64,000 nt of DNA from Neophaeotheca triangularis (GCA_054600435.1 BAAIJX010000003.1:744001-808000); one strand, 5' to 3'; counted from the first letter of the stretch, positions 35,102 to 47,891 are shown. Notes: generated by a model from the letters alone, not told the origin. Numbers and translations are program-made.

Positions 35102-35634
35102 AATCACGGTGCGCCTTGGGATGCAGAAAGCGAAGAGGGGAGGAGAAAAGGACTGACTGGCTGGGAAGGAGGAGGGGGCGTATACTTATAATTTGGTGCC
35201 GACGACGAAGTGTATCAAGGTATGCCGGCTATAGTGCTCGCATAGGAACATCATCGACAGCCGGGAATAACAGGAGGTGAAGTCGTCGGCGGGGCCAGGA
35301 TCGTTGTGGAAGCGTTGGAGGCGGAGCGTGACGGGGCACGGGGCAGCATGATCACGTGAGTGCGGTAGTCGGTCGTGAAAGTCCGAGCTTTGGCTTGGCA
35401 AACAATGGAGCAGCTTCCCGTCAACACGCGCACTCGCAACTGGAGACGACGGCAAGAGTCAACGACAACGACTTCAGGTCACTAACGCAGAAAACAGTAG
35501 CAGCATTGCTCATTCGCATCTTTGTTTTCTTCTCAACAGCATGCAGGTGACTAGGTGACCTATCTAACACCTTCAGCGACCTCTTCGCGAAGATCTAGGC
35601 AACGCGCAGCATCTCTACCAACATCTACACAAAC

Positions 35635-38600
35635 ATGGCGGCTCCAAAGAACAAGGCGCAGTCTGTAGCATCTGCGCAATGGGTCCAGAGTGAACGGGAC
35701 CAGGCGCGTCAGTTCATCGATGAAGAAGTTGAAGAGTTCAGCTTCAGTGTTCGCAATGAGCTCGAATGGCTAGACGAGCACATGGGAGACATCTTCAGCC
35801 GGAATCAGATGTACGTCTATGTAGAGCAGGATATGGCCACATGCGCACCAACTGACAAGATGATGCAGGAACTTCGCAGACGCTTTCAAAACACCCGGTA
35901 AACTGCGCGGAAAGACACCTCGTACAGCACGAAAGGCTGGGGCGCCCCGGCAACCACTCACAGACATATTCGCTCCCAATGGACAGAATGCGCAACCTTC
36001 CGCGCACAAAACGACAAAGTTCTACGACAAAGTAGCACATTTCCAGATTGCCGAGGATGCAGACAACCAGCATCGCCCAGCAAGCCGAAGTAAAAGCCCG
36101 CAAAGAATTGGCAAACCAGGCAACACGGATTCCGGATATCATGGCATGACTGAAGATGAGATGGAGGCCGAAACACAAGGCGCAAGTACGCAACACGACT
36201 CGCAAGAAACGGTGGCATCGAAGAGCTTGGAGCAAGAAGGTCAGCAGCAGGCACAACAAAATCCGGAAGAGAATGAGGGGAATCAGCAGCGCAGTGCGAG
36301 GTCTTCTTTTGTCTCGGTAAAATGGAGCTCCCCACGACACGACGTGATCAGTGAAAACGTACACGATGATGCGGGAGACGCCATGGAATTTGATGAGCCC
36401 CAGGGAGACGTGGAAAACCAAGCTGCAACTGCCGAAGCTGATCAGGTGAAAGCTGGAGAAGCCGTTGATGAAGAGCCGGTGGACGAAGACATGATGGACG
36501 AAACCGCGCCTTCTCCATCCGAAACTTCCTCGCCTGAAAAGCCTCTACAGCGGAAGAGCAGTTTCACGTTCTCTGCACTGCCCGCAAGGGAGCCACTTAC
36601 AGCAAAACGAAGTATTGGCGTGAGGGACAGTCAATTGGATGTCGAAAGAAACAGCGTATTCGCCAGATCCTTGACAGGGAAGAGTATGGGCGCTGTTGCG
36701 AACGAATCCCCAGACGATGAGCAAGGAAAGGCTGAGGAGGCCAAGTTGCAGAGCAAGACTTCGACTCAGCTGCTTCAAGAACGCATCAGTATGCTCGGCA
36801 AGGCTAAAGAACCTCGCATGTCAAAAAGCATCCCTCAGAGTGTGATGAACGCCCAGGTAGCATACCCACAACTACCATCTGGCGATGCTCTCGGTTCCGG
36901 GCTGGATGACGTGGAGATGCAGGATGAGGTTGCTATGGGCGGCATGCAGGCTGATGATGACGAGGATGAGGATGACTGGATTGCGCCTGTCAAGCCTGCT
37001 CAGCACCGACAACTTGAGGCATTGAACAAAGAAGAGAAAGGTTCAGTGGGGTCGCCGCAACGTCCGGGAATGCACCAGAAATCCATCTCTGCATCCAACA
37101 TCCCTTCTGCCACCAAGACAGAAATGGCCCAGGACACAAGAACGCATCAGAAAGCCACGTCAGTGTCGAACCCCAACCTGGCCTACGAGTATCAGTCGAC
37201 CACACCGGCAGGGTCACCCGTCCACAAGAAGCAGCACGATGGAGCCTTGAGCGCATCAAAGAGCAAGCTTTACTCTGTGTTCAAATCTGCGAGGAGCATC
37301 TTCGCGTCATCTGCAAGTGCAAGTGCTGCGGCCAAACTAGATGCGCACGCTCAGTCACCATCACGATCCCCTGCGCGAGGAACGTATAACGACTCGGGCA
37401 TGGCTGGTATGTACAACATGCCGGGCGCTATGTACTCTGACGCCCAACTTCCTCCAAGTCCAACTAGAACCGGCTCTGTTTTCTCAGCACTTTCGAAGAG
37501 CCCGAGCCGAAAAACCAGGAGCTCCACCGAAAGTAAGCGCAAACAAGAGAAAGAGACGAAAGCTCAGGAGAAGGCAGAGCAGGAGCTTGAAAAGGCTCGC
37601 GAGAAGGAACGTCAAACTGCGGCTAAGCAACGAGAAGAGGAACGCAAGGCCGCAGAGGCCGAAGCTGCTAAGCAGGAGAACGAGAAGCAACAAGCTGTCA
37701 TGGAGGCTGAGCGACCCGCATCGGCTGACAGCGAGCAGGCGAGAGATGACATGCCGCCACCTCCACCACCGAAGAGCATGCTTCCAGCTGGGAAGTTGCG
37801 AGCACCGGGCAGACTGGCGAAACCTACCAAAGAGATGCCTCGCTCGAAACCGGCTCCTGTCAGCATTCGGGTAGCAAGTCAATCACAGAGGATGGGGCAG
37901 CCCCAGTCTTCGGTAAATGCAGGTCGGGAAGAGAGCATGCCGCCGGCGCCGCCACCAAAGCAGGAGAGGCCTGCAAGCGGTCTTCGCACTGCCTCTGCGC
38001 AGGGCACTGTTCGTAGTTCTACCGCACCGAACAATGCACGTGTCAAAGCGTTGGAAGCGGCAGCCAGGAAGAAGGAGCTGGAGGAAAAGGCCGCCCAACG
38101 CAAGGCCGAGCAAAAGCGTGAGATTGAGCGCAAACGTGCAGCAAAGGCGGAAGAAGACAGACGCATGGAGCAGGAGAGGAAAGTGGAAGAGCAAAAGCGC
38201 GCACAAGAGGCCAAACTCGCCGCGCAGCGTCAAGCTGAAAAGCAAGCTGCCGAGGCTAGAAGACGAGAGCAGCAACGCCAGGAACAGGAACGACAACGTC
38301 TCGAGCAGCAGCGAGCTTTGGAGCAGCAAAGGCAACACGAAGCATCACAGAAAGCGAAGGCCGCACACGATTTGGCCGAAGCTATTCAACGTGAACGCGC
38401 TCAGGGTCCGACCCAGCATCCGCGCGGTGACGTTGGCGGAACGCTGAGGCAGTTATCCAAGAACATGGCAACGGTGCAGCCCAATCCAGCCAAGCCTCCG
38501 AAGAGGGTGCTTCAACAAGAAGACGAGGAGCACGCTCCGCAGAGGCCTGGCATGCAGAGGGCACCGCCCAGTTACCAGCAGAACGAAGCAAAGCGACGAA

Positions 38601-39400
38601 AGACAAACGAAGAGGAGCAGCAGCACGACCAGAGAAATTCCGTCATGGCGCCGCCAAAACGGCCCAGCAACATGCGCAAGGAAACACTCACCAAGTTCCC
38701 TCACGGCTACTCCCACGCTCCCCCTCCAGCCTCGCACAATGCTTCCAACATGTTCAAGGCGACTGTCACCTCACAACATCAGCTCCAGCACTCCACCAAG
38801 CCAGGACAGATGCATCCCAGCCAAATGGTCCAGCATTCAAACGCTCGCATTCCCTTTGCGGAGAACCCGAACCCAGCCGGACATCATCAGGGCTACCCGC
38901 AACCGCAGCAACAGCTTGGCCAGGAGAACCCCTACCAAGCCAACAAGTTCAAGACACCCGCGCGACCCGCACCAAGCGCCAAGCAAGCCGTCAAGTCCGC
39001 CGTCAAGTCTTCACCGCTCTATCCGAACGGCGATGGCATTGCTCTGCCGGAAATCGCTACCGATTCGGAAGACGAAGAGGACAGCGAAGACGAGGCTGCA
39101 GGTGGCGGAGGTTTCCGTGCTCCTTCCTGGGTTGCTTCGCCCGCGCTCCGCGAACTGCTCACGCAGCAACAGCTCGTGGACCCAGAGACTGTCTTTGGTC
39201 CGATTGGTGAGTTGAGGATGGAGGAAGTCTTCAAGGGCGGCAAGAACCAGGAGAGGCTCAAGAGGTTCAGGGATCGAGGCAGCAGTGCGGCGTGGGTTGA
39301 GACGGGTGATGCGGTCACTTCAGCGGAGAAGAGGAGGGATATGGAGATGAGGGAGAGGGTTGTAAAGGAGGGGGGTTGGAGGTATGAGCCTGGTGCGTAG
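35635..39400 (+). CDS. Inner centromere protein (INCENP/Sli15/Pic1 family), chromosomal passenger complex, 2 exons
   Basis: N-terminal EEFSFSVRNELEWLDEHM, intron 35811..35868, E/K/R-rich helical region, C-terminal IN-box LPEIATDSED...PSWV...QQLVDPETVFG...RFRDRGSSAAW. Confidence 0.9.
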
Positions 39401-40267
39401 GATCAAGGGTTTGAAGGGGCAGGCACTATTCGGGTCAATGTCTCGTATCGATGTGTCTGTCTATGATTGTCTTGACTGGGCGTGGGCGTGATGGAAATTG
39501 GTCTACCAACTGGGCTTTTTGGTAAGCTTTTCGTAGTCTCTTTATGAGTGTAGACGACTACCTTGAGAGTTATTCTATAATATGTGCTCAAGCTGCTCAT
39601 TCACCCCAAGTCACTTCTTCCAGCGACAGAGGTCGAGTCGTACTGCCGACCTAGCTAGAAAACTTTGGCCTGTGCTTCCAGGACTTCGGACCCATCTTGA
39701 GCCGAGAAGGAGAGGAGGAGGAGAGATTCGATGCCAAACTTGATGCACTTCGGGTAACACGGTTGCCGCCCAGCGGTAAATGGGGATGGCAGGGAATCAC
39801 AAGGCCAAGGCAAAGGACTAGTACATTACCTACTGTAGTGACCACTGTACCTCAGTACCTCCTTATTACTCCGTGTCGGTTGACATCACAAGCAGCCGCA
39901 AGACTACCAAGCTTCATGCAAGATACAGAGCCGAGAAGGCTTGAGGAGGGGCTTGTCTCCGACGACTTGCTTCTTACGGCAAGATCTACGCTTATCTGCC
40001 CGCTCCATCTTAGCTACCTTCTGTGTCGGGAGTCCAACGCCGCGAATAATACCTTACACTTGCGCCGCATGGATACGGTGCGTCATGAAGAAAAGCACGG
40101 TAAGGTACATAGCTTGGGTAGTGGATGGGATGCGAGGGCACCGGCCTGTGCTGCCACGTTAATAAGTATTGTCCTTTCCCACGCCGCAACAGAGCTCTCT
40201 CCTCTCCTCCTTCACCTCTCCATACATTATCAGGACATTGTGCTTCCTGAAGTCTCTTGTCCTCGTC

Positions 40268-42208
40268 ATGCGGTTTTCATTGCTACAAGGCGCCCTGGCG
40301 CTCACTTCCTGCGCAGCAGTCGTTTCAGGAGCCGGAAGCGGCAGGAGTGTCTTCGACCATCTCGCGAGAGCTAAACAGAACGCCGCGCCGGTCATTGAGA
40401 AGCGTGAGCCTCACCAGGCTTTCCAAAACAGCAGGCTCCAGAAGCGCGCCTCGAAATACCTCACCGACTCCACCGAGAAGTTCGTCGTCAACGGCTCAGC
40501 GATCCCAGACGTCGACTTCGACATTGGCGAGTCCTACGCTGGATTATTGCCCATCTCTGACGATCCGGACGAGACGAGGGAGCTCTTCTTTTGGTTCTTC
40601 CCTTCTTCCAACCCAGAGGCTGAGAACGAGGTTGCCGTCTGGTTCAACGGAGGACCAGGTTGCAGCTCTTTGTCTGGGCTGTTGACGGAGAATGGTCCTT
40701 TCACCTGGCAGGCGGGCACTCTGGCTCCGGTTGCGAACCCTTACACTTGGGTCAACCTCACCAATATGATGTGGGTGGAGCAGCCCGTTGGTGTGGGTTA
40801 CACTCAGGGTACACCCAACATTAGCGATGAAGTCGAGCTGGCTCAGCAGTTCATTGGATTCTGGAAGAGCGCTGTTGATGTGAGCTAGCCGAAAAGACGA
40901 GAATACTGCTGTCATGCAAGACTAATCGCTTTTCTAGGCCTTTGATTTCCACAACTACGATGTCTATCTTACCGGAGAGTCTTATGCTGGCTACTACGTT
41001 CCGTACATTGCGGACGCCTACCTCCAGCAAAACGACAGCGACTACTATAACTTGAAGGGCATTGCCATTAACGACCCAATCATCGGAGATGGCACAAATC
41101 AACAGATGGTGCCGATCCAACCCTTTGCCGAGTACTGGCAGAACGTTCTTTACCTTAACGACACGTTCCGGGCCACCATGAAGGAGAAGGTGGACTCTTG
41201 CGGTTACACAGATTATCTGGAAAAATACTTCCAGTTCCCACCGCCACAGGAGGCTTTCCCCGTGCTCCCAGACCCGTACGAGCAAGCAAACTACACGTGC
41301 GACAGTAAGCTAGCAGCCTCCACCCCCTGTCTCACTCCCTTAAATCGCTAACACTGCCCCATCATCAGTCTTCGACGACTACTACAGCGCCATCCTCGAA
41401 GTCAACCCCTGCTTCAACATCTACCACATCAACGAAATGTGCCCGCACCCCTACTCCGTCCTCGGCGGCGTCAACACGGGCGACTACGTTCCCCCAGGCA
41501 CAGAAGTCTACTTCAACCGCACAGACGTGCAGGAGGCCATCAACGCCCCCGTGGGCACAAACTGGGAGCAATGCTCCTCGATCAACGTCTTCGGCGGCCC
41601 AAACAACAACCGCAGTCTCAGCGACAGTTCTCTCGGCCCGGCGCAAGACGGCGTGCTACAGAGAGTCATCGAGGCAACCAACAACGTCATCATCGGCTCC
41701 GGCGACTTGGACATGCTGCTCTCCACCAACGGCACTCGTAAGTTCCCCCAACAGCAAAACCAAAACACATCAATCGATACCCCCGATGAAAAAGCAAACA
41801 TCCCTAACCAAACCCGAAACCAGTCCTGGCGCTACAAAACACCACCTGGAACGGCGCCCAAGGCCTCTCCTGCTACCCTTCCCACGACTTCTACGTCCCC
41901 TACCACCCAGGCAAGTCCTTCCCCCTCATCAAACCACCCACCCTAAAAAAAAAAACCTAACCCCCACCCTTGCAACAGAATACGAAGGCGGCAGCCTCTC
42001 CGGCGCCGGAAACCTGGGTTCCTGGGTGACGGAGCGCGGTCTCACTTTCTACCGGGTGCAGCTGGCCGGGCACGAATTGCCCGAGTACACGCCCGGGGCC
42101 GGGTACAGGTCTATGGAGTTGTTGTTGGGGAGGATTGGGAATCTGAGCGAGGTGGGGGATTTTACGACGCAGGAGGGGGATTTTACTGGGGTGGGGGTGA
42201 TTTATTAG
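40268..42208 (+). CDS. Secreted serine carboxypeptidase (peptidase S10), 5 exons
   Basis: Signal peptide; WFNGGPGCSS, VEQPVGVGY, GESYAG, GDLD, AGHE. Introns 40880-40937, 41305-41368, 41738-41823 and 41911-41978 (GC-AG). Confidence 0.94.
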
Positions 42209-42712
42209 AGTGGTGAAGGGGTTGGATTGGGATTGGAAGGTTGGATTGGGGGCTTTTTTGTGTGGTTGATGGGGGTGAGGTTGGTAGTTTTGTTTTTGTT
42301 TTGTGTCTTGTGTGCTGTCATGGCTAGTGAGTGGTTTTGCATGACTAGTGGTTTTGCGTTTGGTGTTGGTTTTCGAATGCAGGAGATTGTGTGATTGTTG
42401 GCCAATCCGATGGAGGCGGTTTTCTTTTGAATTGTCTCGACAAGTAGTATCGAATGCAAAGGCAAACTCTGAATCTACCGTCTTTATCTTTGTAACTCTA
42501 GCACTGCTGCATAGTATATACTATATATTTATGCCCGTGATATGCGCGGTGGGAACGCGTGGGTTTAACGTAAGAATCGTACAATTAACCACGGCGGCAA
42601 AGCCAGGCTCCAAGAAAATGCCCGGTATTCGCGACTCTACTGGCAGTTTTTGAGAGCGTGAGAATGAACTCTGGCAATATTGTGGTGGTCGAGACTTCGC
42701 CGGCTGTCTCTC

Positions 42713-43771
42713 TCACCGGTTAGCAGTCTCAGCAGAGCGTATAGCCGGCTTGCTAGTGCCCTCGGCAATCCTCCCCATCAACCCGGACAGCCAATGCGGC
42801 CAGCCTCGCGCCGCGGACATGAAATCGAAGCCCCCTCCTAAGACGATCTGCTTGCCCCAGCCGCTCAGAATCTGCTGGACGACGGCGTCGGAGACGACTT
42901 GCGGGTCCAGCATGATGGCGCCGCTGCTCTTGATATCGGAAGCGAATTTGGCCGTCATGGGGGTGGAAGCGAAAAAAGGGTGCACGACGCTTGTTTTGAC
43001 CAGCGGGGCGTCGTAGATTGTGCGGAGCTCCGAGCGTAAGCCTTCGTGCAGGCCCAGGGCGGCGACTTTTGTGTTGGAGTAGGGGATTAGACTCGGCGTG
43101 GTGGTGAAGGAGGCCATGGAGGCGATGTTGACGACGTGGCCCTTGTTCTTGGCAATCATGGCTGGCAGGAAGGCTTGCAGAGTGTAGTAGTGGCTGAAGA
43201 GGTTGACGTCGAAGATTTTGCGCAGGCTGGGTTCCTTGACTTGCAGCAGCGAGTGGTTGTAGGCGATTCCGGCGTTGTTGATGAGGATGCTGGGGTCGCC
43301 TACGTCGTTGCGGATGCGTTCGGCCATGGCCATGACGGCTTCGCGGTCGGTGATGTCGCATTGGTAGTAGTGGCGACGGGGGCCGGTCTTCCAGGCTGGG
43401 CTGTCGACAATGTCGGTGCCGACGACTATGAGGCCTTTGGCTGAGAGGTCGTTGATGAAGAGCGAGCCGAAGCCGCCGGCGGCACCGGTTACGAGGACGA
43501 TTTCATTCGGCCAATGGTATCTGCTGTCTGCGAAGAGGTGGAAGTTGTTTTGGGCCAGGTCGGACAAGGCGTTGCTCAGCCGTTTAGCCAAGCTGAGGCC
43601 GAAGAGCCATTTGAGGGCTGTGATGGCGTGGGAAGTTGTTGTTGCCGAGAGCAGTTCTTGGAGTTTGCGGATCAGGGGCAATCGTATGTCGTCGGGGGCT
43701 CTTGTGAGTGCGAAGAGCAAGCCTCCGGTTAGGATGGGGTTGTATGCGGTACTCGAGATGATTGAAGCCAT
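42713..43771 (-). CDS. Short-chain dehydrogenase/reductase (RDH10/17beta-HSD11-like) with N-terminal membrane segment
   Basis: VLVTGAAGGFG, ILINNAGI, VNIAS, YSNTK catalytic motif. Confidence 0.92.
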   Translation of the reverse strand: MASIISSTAYNPILTGGLLFALTRAPDDIRLPLIRKLQELLSATTTSHAITALKWLFGLSLAKRLSNALSDLAQNNFHLFADSRYHWPNEIVLVTGAAGGFGSLFINDLSAKGLIVVGTDIVDSPAWKTGPRRHYYQCDITDREAVMAMAERIRNDVGDPSILINNAGIAYNHSLLQVKEPSLRKIFDVNLFSHYYTLQAFLPAMIAKNKGHVVNIASMASFTTTPSLIPYSNTKVAALGLHEGLRSELRTIYDAPLVKTSVVHPFFASTPMTAKFASDIKSSGAIMLDPQVVSDAVVQQILSGWGKQIVLGGGFDFMSAARGWPHWLSGLMGRIAEGTSKPAIRSAETANR

Positions 43772-45006
43772 TGTGGGGTTTAATCAGGTATGAGTAGGTT
43801 TGATTGATGTTGGCGTCGTAACGGGGAGTGAGTTGTATGTAGCTACAGCTAGATGTAAAGGCGAGGCAACGGGCATTTATTACTATAAATTATAATTTAT
43901 CATTGAACAAAGCAAGCCTGAAACTCTGTTCAACATGTAACGGATCCATGGATGCCATCGATACTAGTGCTTACTACTCATATGAGGAGGTCACTTCCTT
44001 GCACCTTAACCACGGTGTAAGCGGGGATTGGCTTTTGCTTTTTCCAACTTGCCGAGGCATCGGGGACCCCCACGGCATGTCTCGTATCACGTGATTGCAT
44101 CACCACCGCATCTGTCTAGTCAACCAGATCAGATGAACAATCCTGCACGGCGCCTGCATGCTCTGCTTCTTCAATTACCTTACTCGTGCAGCAGTCTCGG
44201 TATTCTCCGCCGCGAGGGAACCTTTCCATGCTTTCCTTGAGTTTACGCCTCTGCCTATCTGGGATGATGAAGTCAGCAAAACCGACCATGATAAAGAGCA
44301 AGTCGGTCGAACATCTAGGGAGTTTCCATGAAAACAGTGTACCCCGCTGGCTGGTCCAAGACGATCTCAAAAGATTGTATATACCTTCGCGGTCCTTTGA
44401 ACCCGTCTTGTGTACTTGGTAGAAAGTTGCCTTGATTTGAGGTTTGGTGCGTAGTGGATGGGGCATATTACAGACTTTCAAGGTTATCACTATGATATAT
44501 GCCACGCGAAAGGAAGACACTTTTCGCTCCCTAGATAGGAGTATAGTAAGTGTTCTATCTATCTATAGAGTACGGGTACCGTGAGCCTCGGAACATGGCT
44601 ACTACAACTTCCTGAGGAAGCGCCTCATGAATTACAATAGAATAGGGAATGAGCATTGGATAGGGAGCCTTCTACAAGAGTACGATCCACCGGGCTATCC
44701 TGCACCTCCCTCGGTGTCCTACAACTACCGCCATGATGGCAATGGCAGTACGATGTGCACCTTGCATTGCAATATTGTCACTTGATACATGACGGTCCAT
44801 TTGCAACGGAAAAATAGCTATTTCTGCTACTAGCAGCAATCTGCACTGATTATTAGGCTTGCCGGTAAATTCGCACTCCAACCCTGACCCTTGGGACCGG
44901 GCTGACCGGTATCGTCTCAGGATGTGCACGGACCTTGCCCCAGAGACTTCCAAGGCAACTTGAGCTTCGCGAAAGCCGAGTCCCATCGCTCGCTCGAAAT
45001 CCCCTA

Positions 45007-46767
45007 ATGTTCGCCGTACGGTCACCACTACAGCTCCCGGGTACTCTCACGCCGTTTCTGTACCCCTGCCTCGACGGCGTGTGGGTAGCTACAAGGACCC
45101 GCAGATGCCGTAACGTACGACCGAGCAAGCCCAATAGCGCGTTGCGCTCCGCCGTGCGATGCCAGTCGACTACCGCCCAACAGAGCGAAACCCCTACCCG
45201 GCCTCCGGTAGATGTGAACCAATATGACCACCTCGACCCTCAACCCCCAGAGTATAGCAGCACACCCTTTACAGACTCTTGCACTCTGACATTGGGTGCT
45301 GGCGGAGGTGGCCATGGCTGCATTTCCTTCTTGCGAGAAATCTACATCGCGAATGGTCCCGCGAACGGCGGCGATGGGGGCACGGGTGGCAGTATCTACA
45401 TCCAGGCCGTGCGAGGGGAGACGAGCTTGCATAAACTGGCTAGACGTGGGATTCTCAAGGCTGGCAGGGGGAAGAATGGTCAGGGGAGTTCGCAGGGTGG
45501 GCGGAGAGGGGAGGATGTGCTGCTGAGTGTGCCTGTGGGCACGGTGGTTAGGGAGGTCAGTCGGTACGATCCCGTGTCCGAAGAGGAGGCGCGGGATAAG
45601 AAGGCTAGGGCATTTGGAAAGGACGCGAAGGAGGATGGCGACGAGGAAGACGGCGGCACAGATCAGAGCGGGAAGTGGCGGAGGGATAAGTGGTTGCTTT
45701 TCCCTGGCACGCTACCTCGCAACTTCACGAGCGCCGATTTCCCACCCTTACCTCGTCCTCGGCGCAGCAATCTCGTTTCCGCGCAACCTGATGCGCCGAT
45801 TCAGTTGGATCTCGACAAGCCCATGGATAAGCCGATGCTGCTCGCGGCTGGCGCAATGGGCGGTCTCGGCAACCCACACTTTGTGACAAAGTCCGTCCCC
45901 CGACCCAAATACGCCACCAAAGGCGATCAAGGCATGCAGCTTCAACTCCAACTCGAACTGAAGCTCCTAGCAGACGTTGGTCTTGTGGGACTGCCCAACG
46001 CAGGAAAATCCACCCTGCTACGCTCAATCACCAGTTCGAGAGCCAGAGTAGGCGATTGGGCGTTCACAACACTTTCACCAAACATTGGCACCGTCGTGCT
46101 CGACAACTACCGTGGTCGGCCGACTCTCGACACCAAAGGTAGACGCAAGGAACCCCGAACAAACTTCACCATTGCAGACATCCCAGGCTTGATCGAAGAC
46201 GCCTATCTGGATCGCGGACTCGGCCTAGGCTTCCTGCGCCACATCGAGCGAGCGGCAGTGCTGGCTTTTGTCGTGGATCTAAGTGCGGGGGATGCAGTAG
46301 CGGCGCTCAAAGGGCTGTGGCGCGAAGTCGGCGAGTACGAGAAACTTCGTGAGCAAGAACTGAGTGAAAGGACTCAGGGGCCGATGCCCGACGAGCAAGG
46401 CATGGTGGCCTATCAGCCTTTTGAGTCTTCCATCTCGCCGTCGCTGGACCCCGAGCCGGGTGAGGAGAGCGAAGGTGATGTGGTACTTGACCCGACCGCT
46501 GGACGCAAACTCCCGGCCCTGTCGCTGCCGCCCATTTCCTCCAAACCCTGGTTCGTCGTCGCTACCAAGGCGGATCTCGACGGCACGCAAGAGAATTTCT
46601 TAAAACTGCAACGGTACTTGCAAAAAGTAGGTGAAGGGACGGAAGAGCACCCAACAGGCAAGGTCAACGCTTGGAAAAAGACCTTGCAAGCAATTCCTGT
46701 GTCGGCTATGAACAAAGAAGGCGTCAAAGCGATACCCGAGCTTGTTCTGAAACTACTCGACGAGTAG
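45007..46767 (+). CDS. MTG2: Mitochondrial Obg-family GTPase
   Basis: Gly-rich Obg fold (GGGGHGCISFLRE...GGDGGTGG), LELKLLADVGLVGLPNAGKSTLL, FTTLSP, DIPGL, ATKAD, VSA; Arg-rich N-terminal presequence. Confidence 0.9.
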   Translation: MFAVRSPLQLPGTLTPFLYPCLDGVWVATRTRRCRNVRPSKPNSALRSAVRCQSTTAQQSETPTRPPVDVNQYDHLDPQPPEYSSTPFTDSCTLTLGAGGGGHGCISFLREIYIANGPANGGDGGTGGSIYIQAVRGETSLHKLARRGILKAGRGKNGQGSSQGGRRGEDVLLSVPVGTVVREVSRYDPVSEEEARDKKARAFGKDAKEDGDEEDGGTDQSGKWRRDKWLLFPGTLPRNFTSADFPPLPRPRRSNLVSAQPDAPIQLDLDKPMDKPMLLAAGAMGGLGNPHFVTKSVPRPKYATKGDQGMQLQLQLELKLLADVGLVGLPNAGKSTLLRSITSSRARVGDWAFTTLSPNIGTVVLDNYRGRPTLDTKGRRKEPRTNFTIADIPGLIEDAYLDRGLGLGFLRHIERAAVLAFVVDLSAGDAVAALKGLWREVGEYEKLREQELSERTQGPMPDEQGMVAYQPFESSISPSLDPEPGEESEGDVVLDPTAGRKLPALSLPPISSKPWFVVATKADLDGTQENFLKLQRYLQKVGEGTEEHPTGKVNAWKKTLQAIPVSAMNKEGVKAIPELVLKLLDE

Positions 46768-46922
46768 TCGAAGCCGTTGCACCATTACTCGACGAGTAGC
46801 ACTGCTGTGCATAGACAATTCCTACAATAATTAGATACCCAACACCCACACTCATCAAAGCCCAAACCAACACCCCCAGCTCCGACCTCCCTGCCAGCCA
46901 TCCATCCATGCATGCACCTACC

Positions 46923-47744
46923 TCACCACCCAGTAACCCTCCCATAAACCCCCCTCAAATTATACCAAGCCAAAGTCCCCCACTCCGTATTAACCCTACC
47001 GGTACTATCGACCCCAACCCCCAACCCCTTAAACTCCCCCTTCCTACCCGCAATCTCCACAAACCCCGCCCCTAAATCCGAATACCCGACAACGCCCTTG
47101 GGCAACGGCGAATCCACGACGAGCACGTGCCCGTAGGCCTCGGTGCCGCGCGCATCGTGCAAAGCGCCCGGGTCGACGAAGACGTAGTCGAACAGGCCCG
47201 GGCGCTCTCGCGCGACTCGCGCGTAAAGGGCGGCCGCGGCGCTGAGGTCGGCGTAGACGCTTTGCAGGCAGAAGTGCACGAGGGCGTTTTGCAGCCGCGG
47301 GGTGTGGGCTTCGAAGAAGGGGTTTAGCGAGGCGGAGCGGAGGATTAGGAGCGTGGGGGGTTGGTAGGTTTGTGGGTTTTGTTGTTGTTGTTGTTGTTGG
47401 TGTTGGTGTTGGGCTCGGAGCGCTTCGAGCGCGCTTACCAGGGCCGAGGCGACGTCTTGGGCTACGTGTGTGCCTGGCGCGGCGTCGTTGGTTGCGATGC
47501 ATTGGTGGATAGTCTCTGCGTTTTGCAGGCAGGCTTGGAGGGCGGCGGTGTCGGTTAGGGGGGCTTCGGTGATTTGGATGTTGAGGGCGGTGGTGGAGGC
47601 GAGGTTCGGGAAGGTTTGCAGGAGTTTGTCCTTGTTGCGGATGAAGATTTTGAGGGTCAGATCCGGTGGGGGGTTGGCTAGGAGGTGTCTGAGGATGGCG
47701 GAGCCGGTTGCGCCTGTTGCTCCTAGGAGCGCGTGGGTGGGCAT
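46923..47744 (-). CDS. NAD(P)-binding oxidoreductase (AvfA/OrdB-like Rossmann protein)
   Basis: MPTHALLGATGATGSAIL, CIATN, LILRSASL, YADL, VDPGALHD...GHVL...YSDLGAGFVEIA; poly-Q insert. Confidence 0.75.
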   Translation of the reverse strand: MPTHALLGATGATGSAILRHLLANPPPDLTLKIFIRNKDKLLQTFPNLASTTALNIQITEAPLTDTAALQACLQNAETIHQCIATNDAAPGTHVAQDVASALVSALEALRAQHQHQQQQQQQNPQTYQPPTLLILRSASLNPFFEAHTPRLQNALVHFCLQSVYADLSAAAALYARVARERPGLFDYVFVDPGALHDARGTEAYGHVLVVDSPLPKGVVGYSDLGAGFVEIAGRKGEFKGLGVGVDSTGRVNTEWGTLAWYNLRGVYGRVTGW

Positions 47745-47867
47745 TCTTGAGATTGAGACCTGTGGCTGTGTGGAAAGGAGTGTTTGGTTCGAGGTGAGGT
47801 TGAAGCGAGTAAATGGCTGATTTGAGGTTTGAAAGCTCTTGGTACAGATGTGGACGAAGTGTTTATC

Positions 47868-47891
47868 GAAGAAGAAGAAGAAGAAGAAGAA
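47868..47891. repeat. (GAA)8 microsatellite
   Basis: Read directly, upstream of the AvfA-like gene. Confidence 0.9.

Noticed and set aside
44116..44520. 134-aa intergenic ORF
   Set aside because: Non-ATG start, no motif, no codon pattern like neighbouring genes; cannot be supported.
40268..47744. Secondary-metabolite cluster (SDR, AvfA-like, peptidase)
   Set aside because: No backbone synthase, cluster regulator or exporter; the genes are interleaved with housekeeping MTG2.
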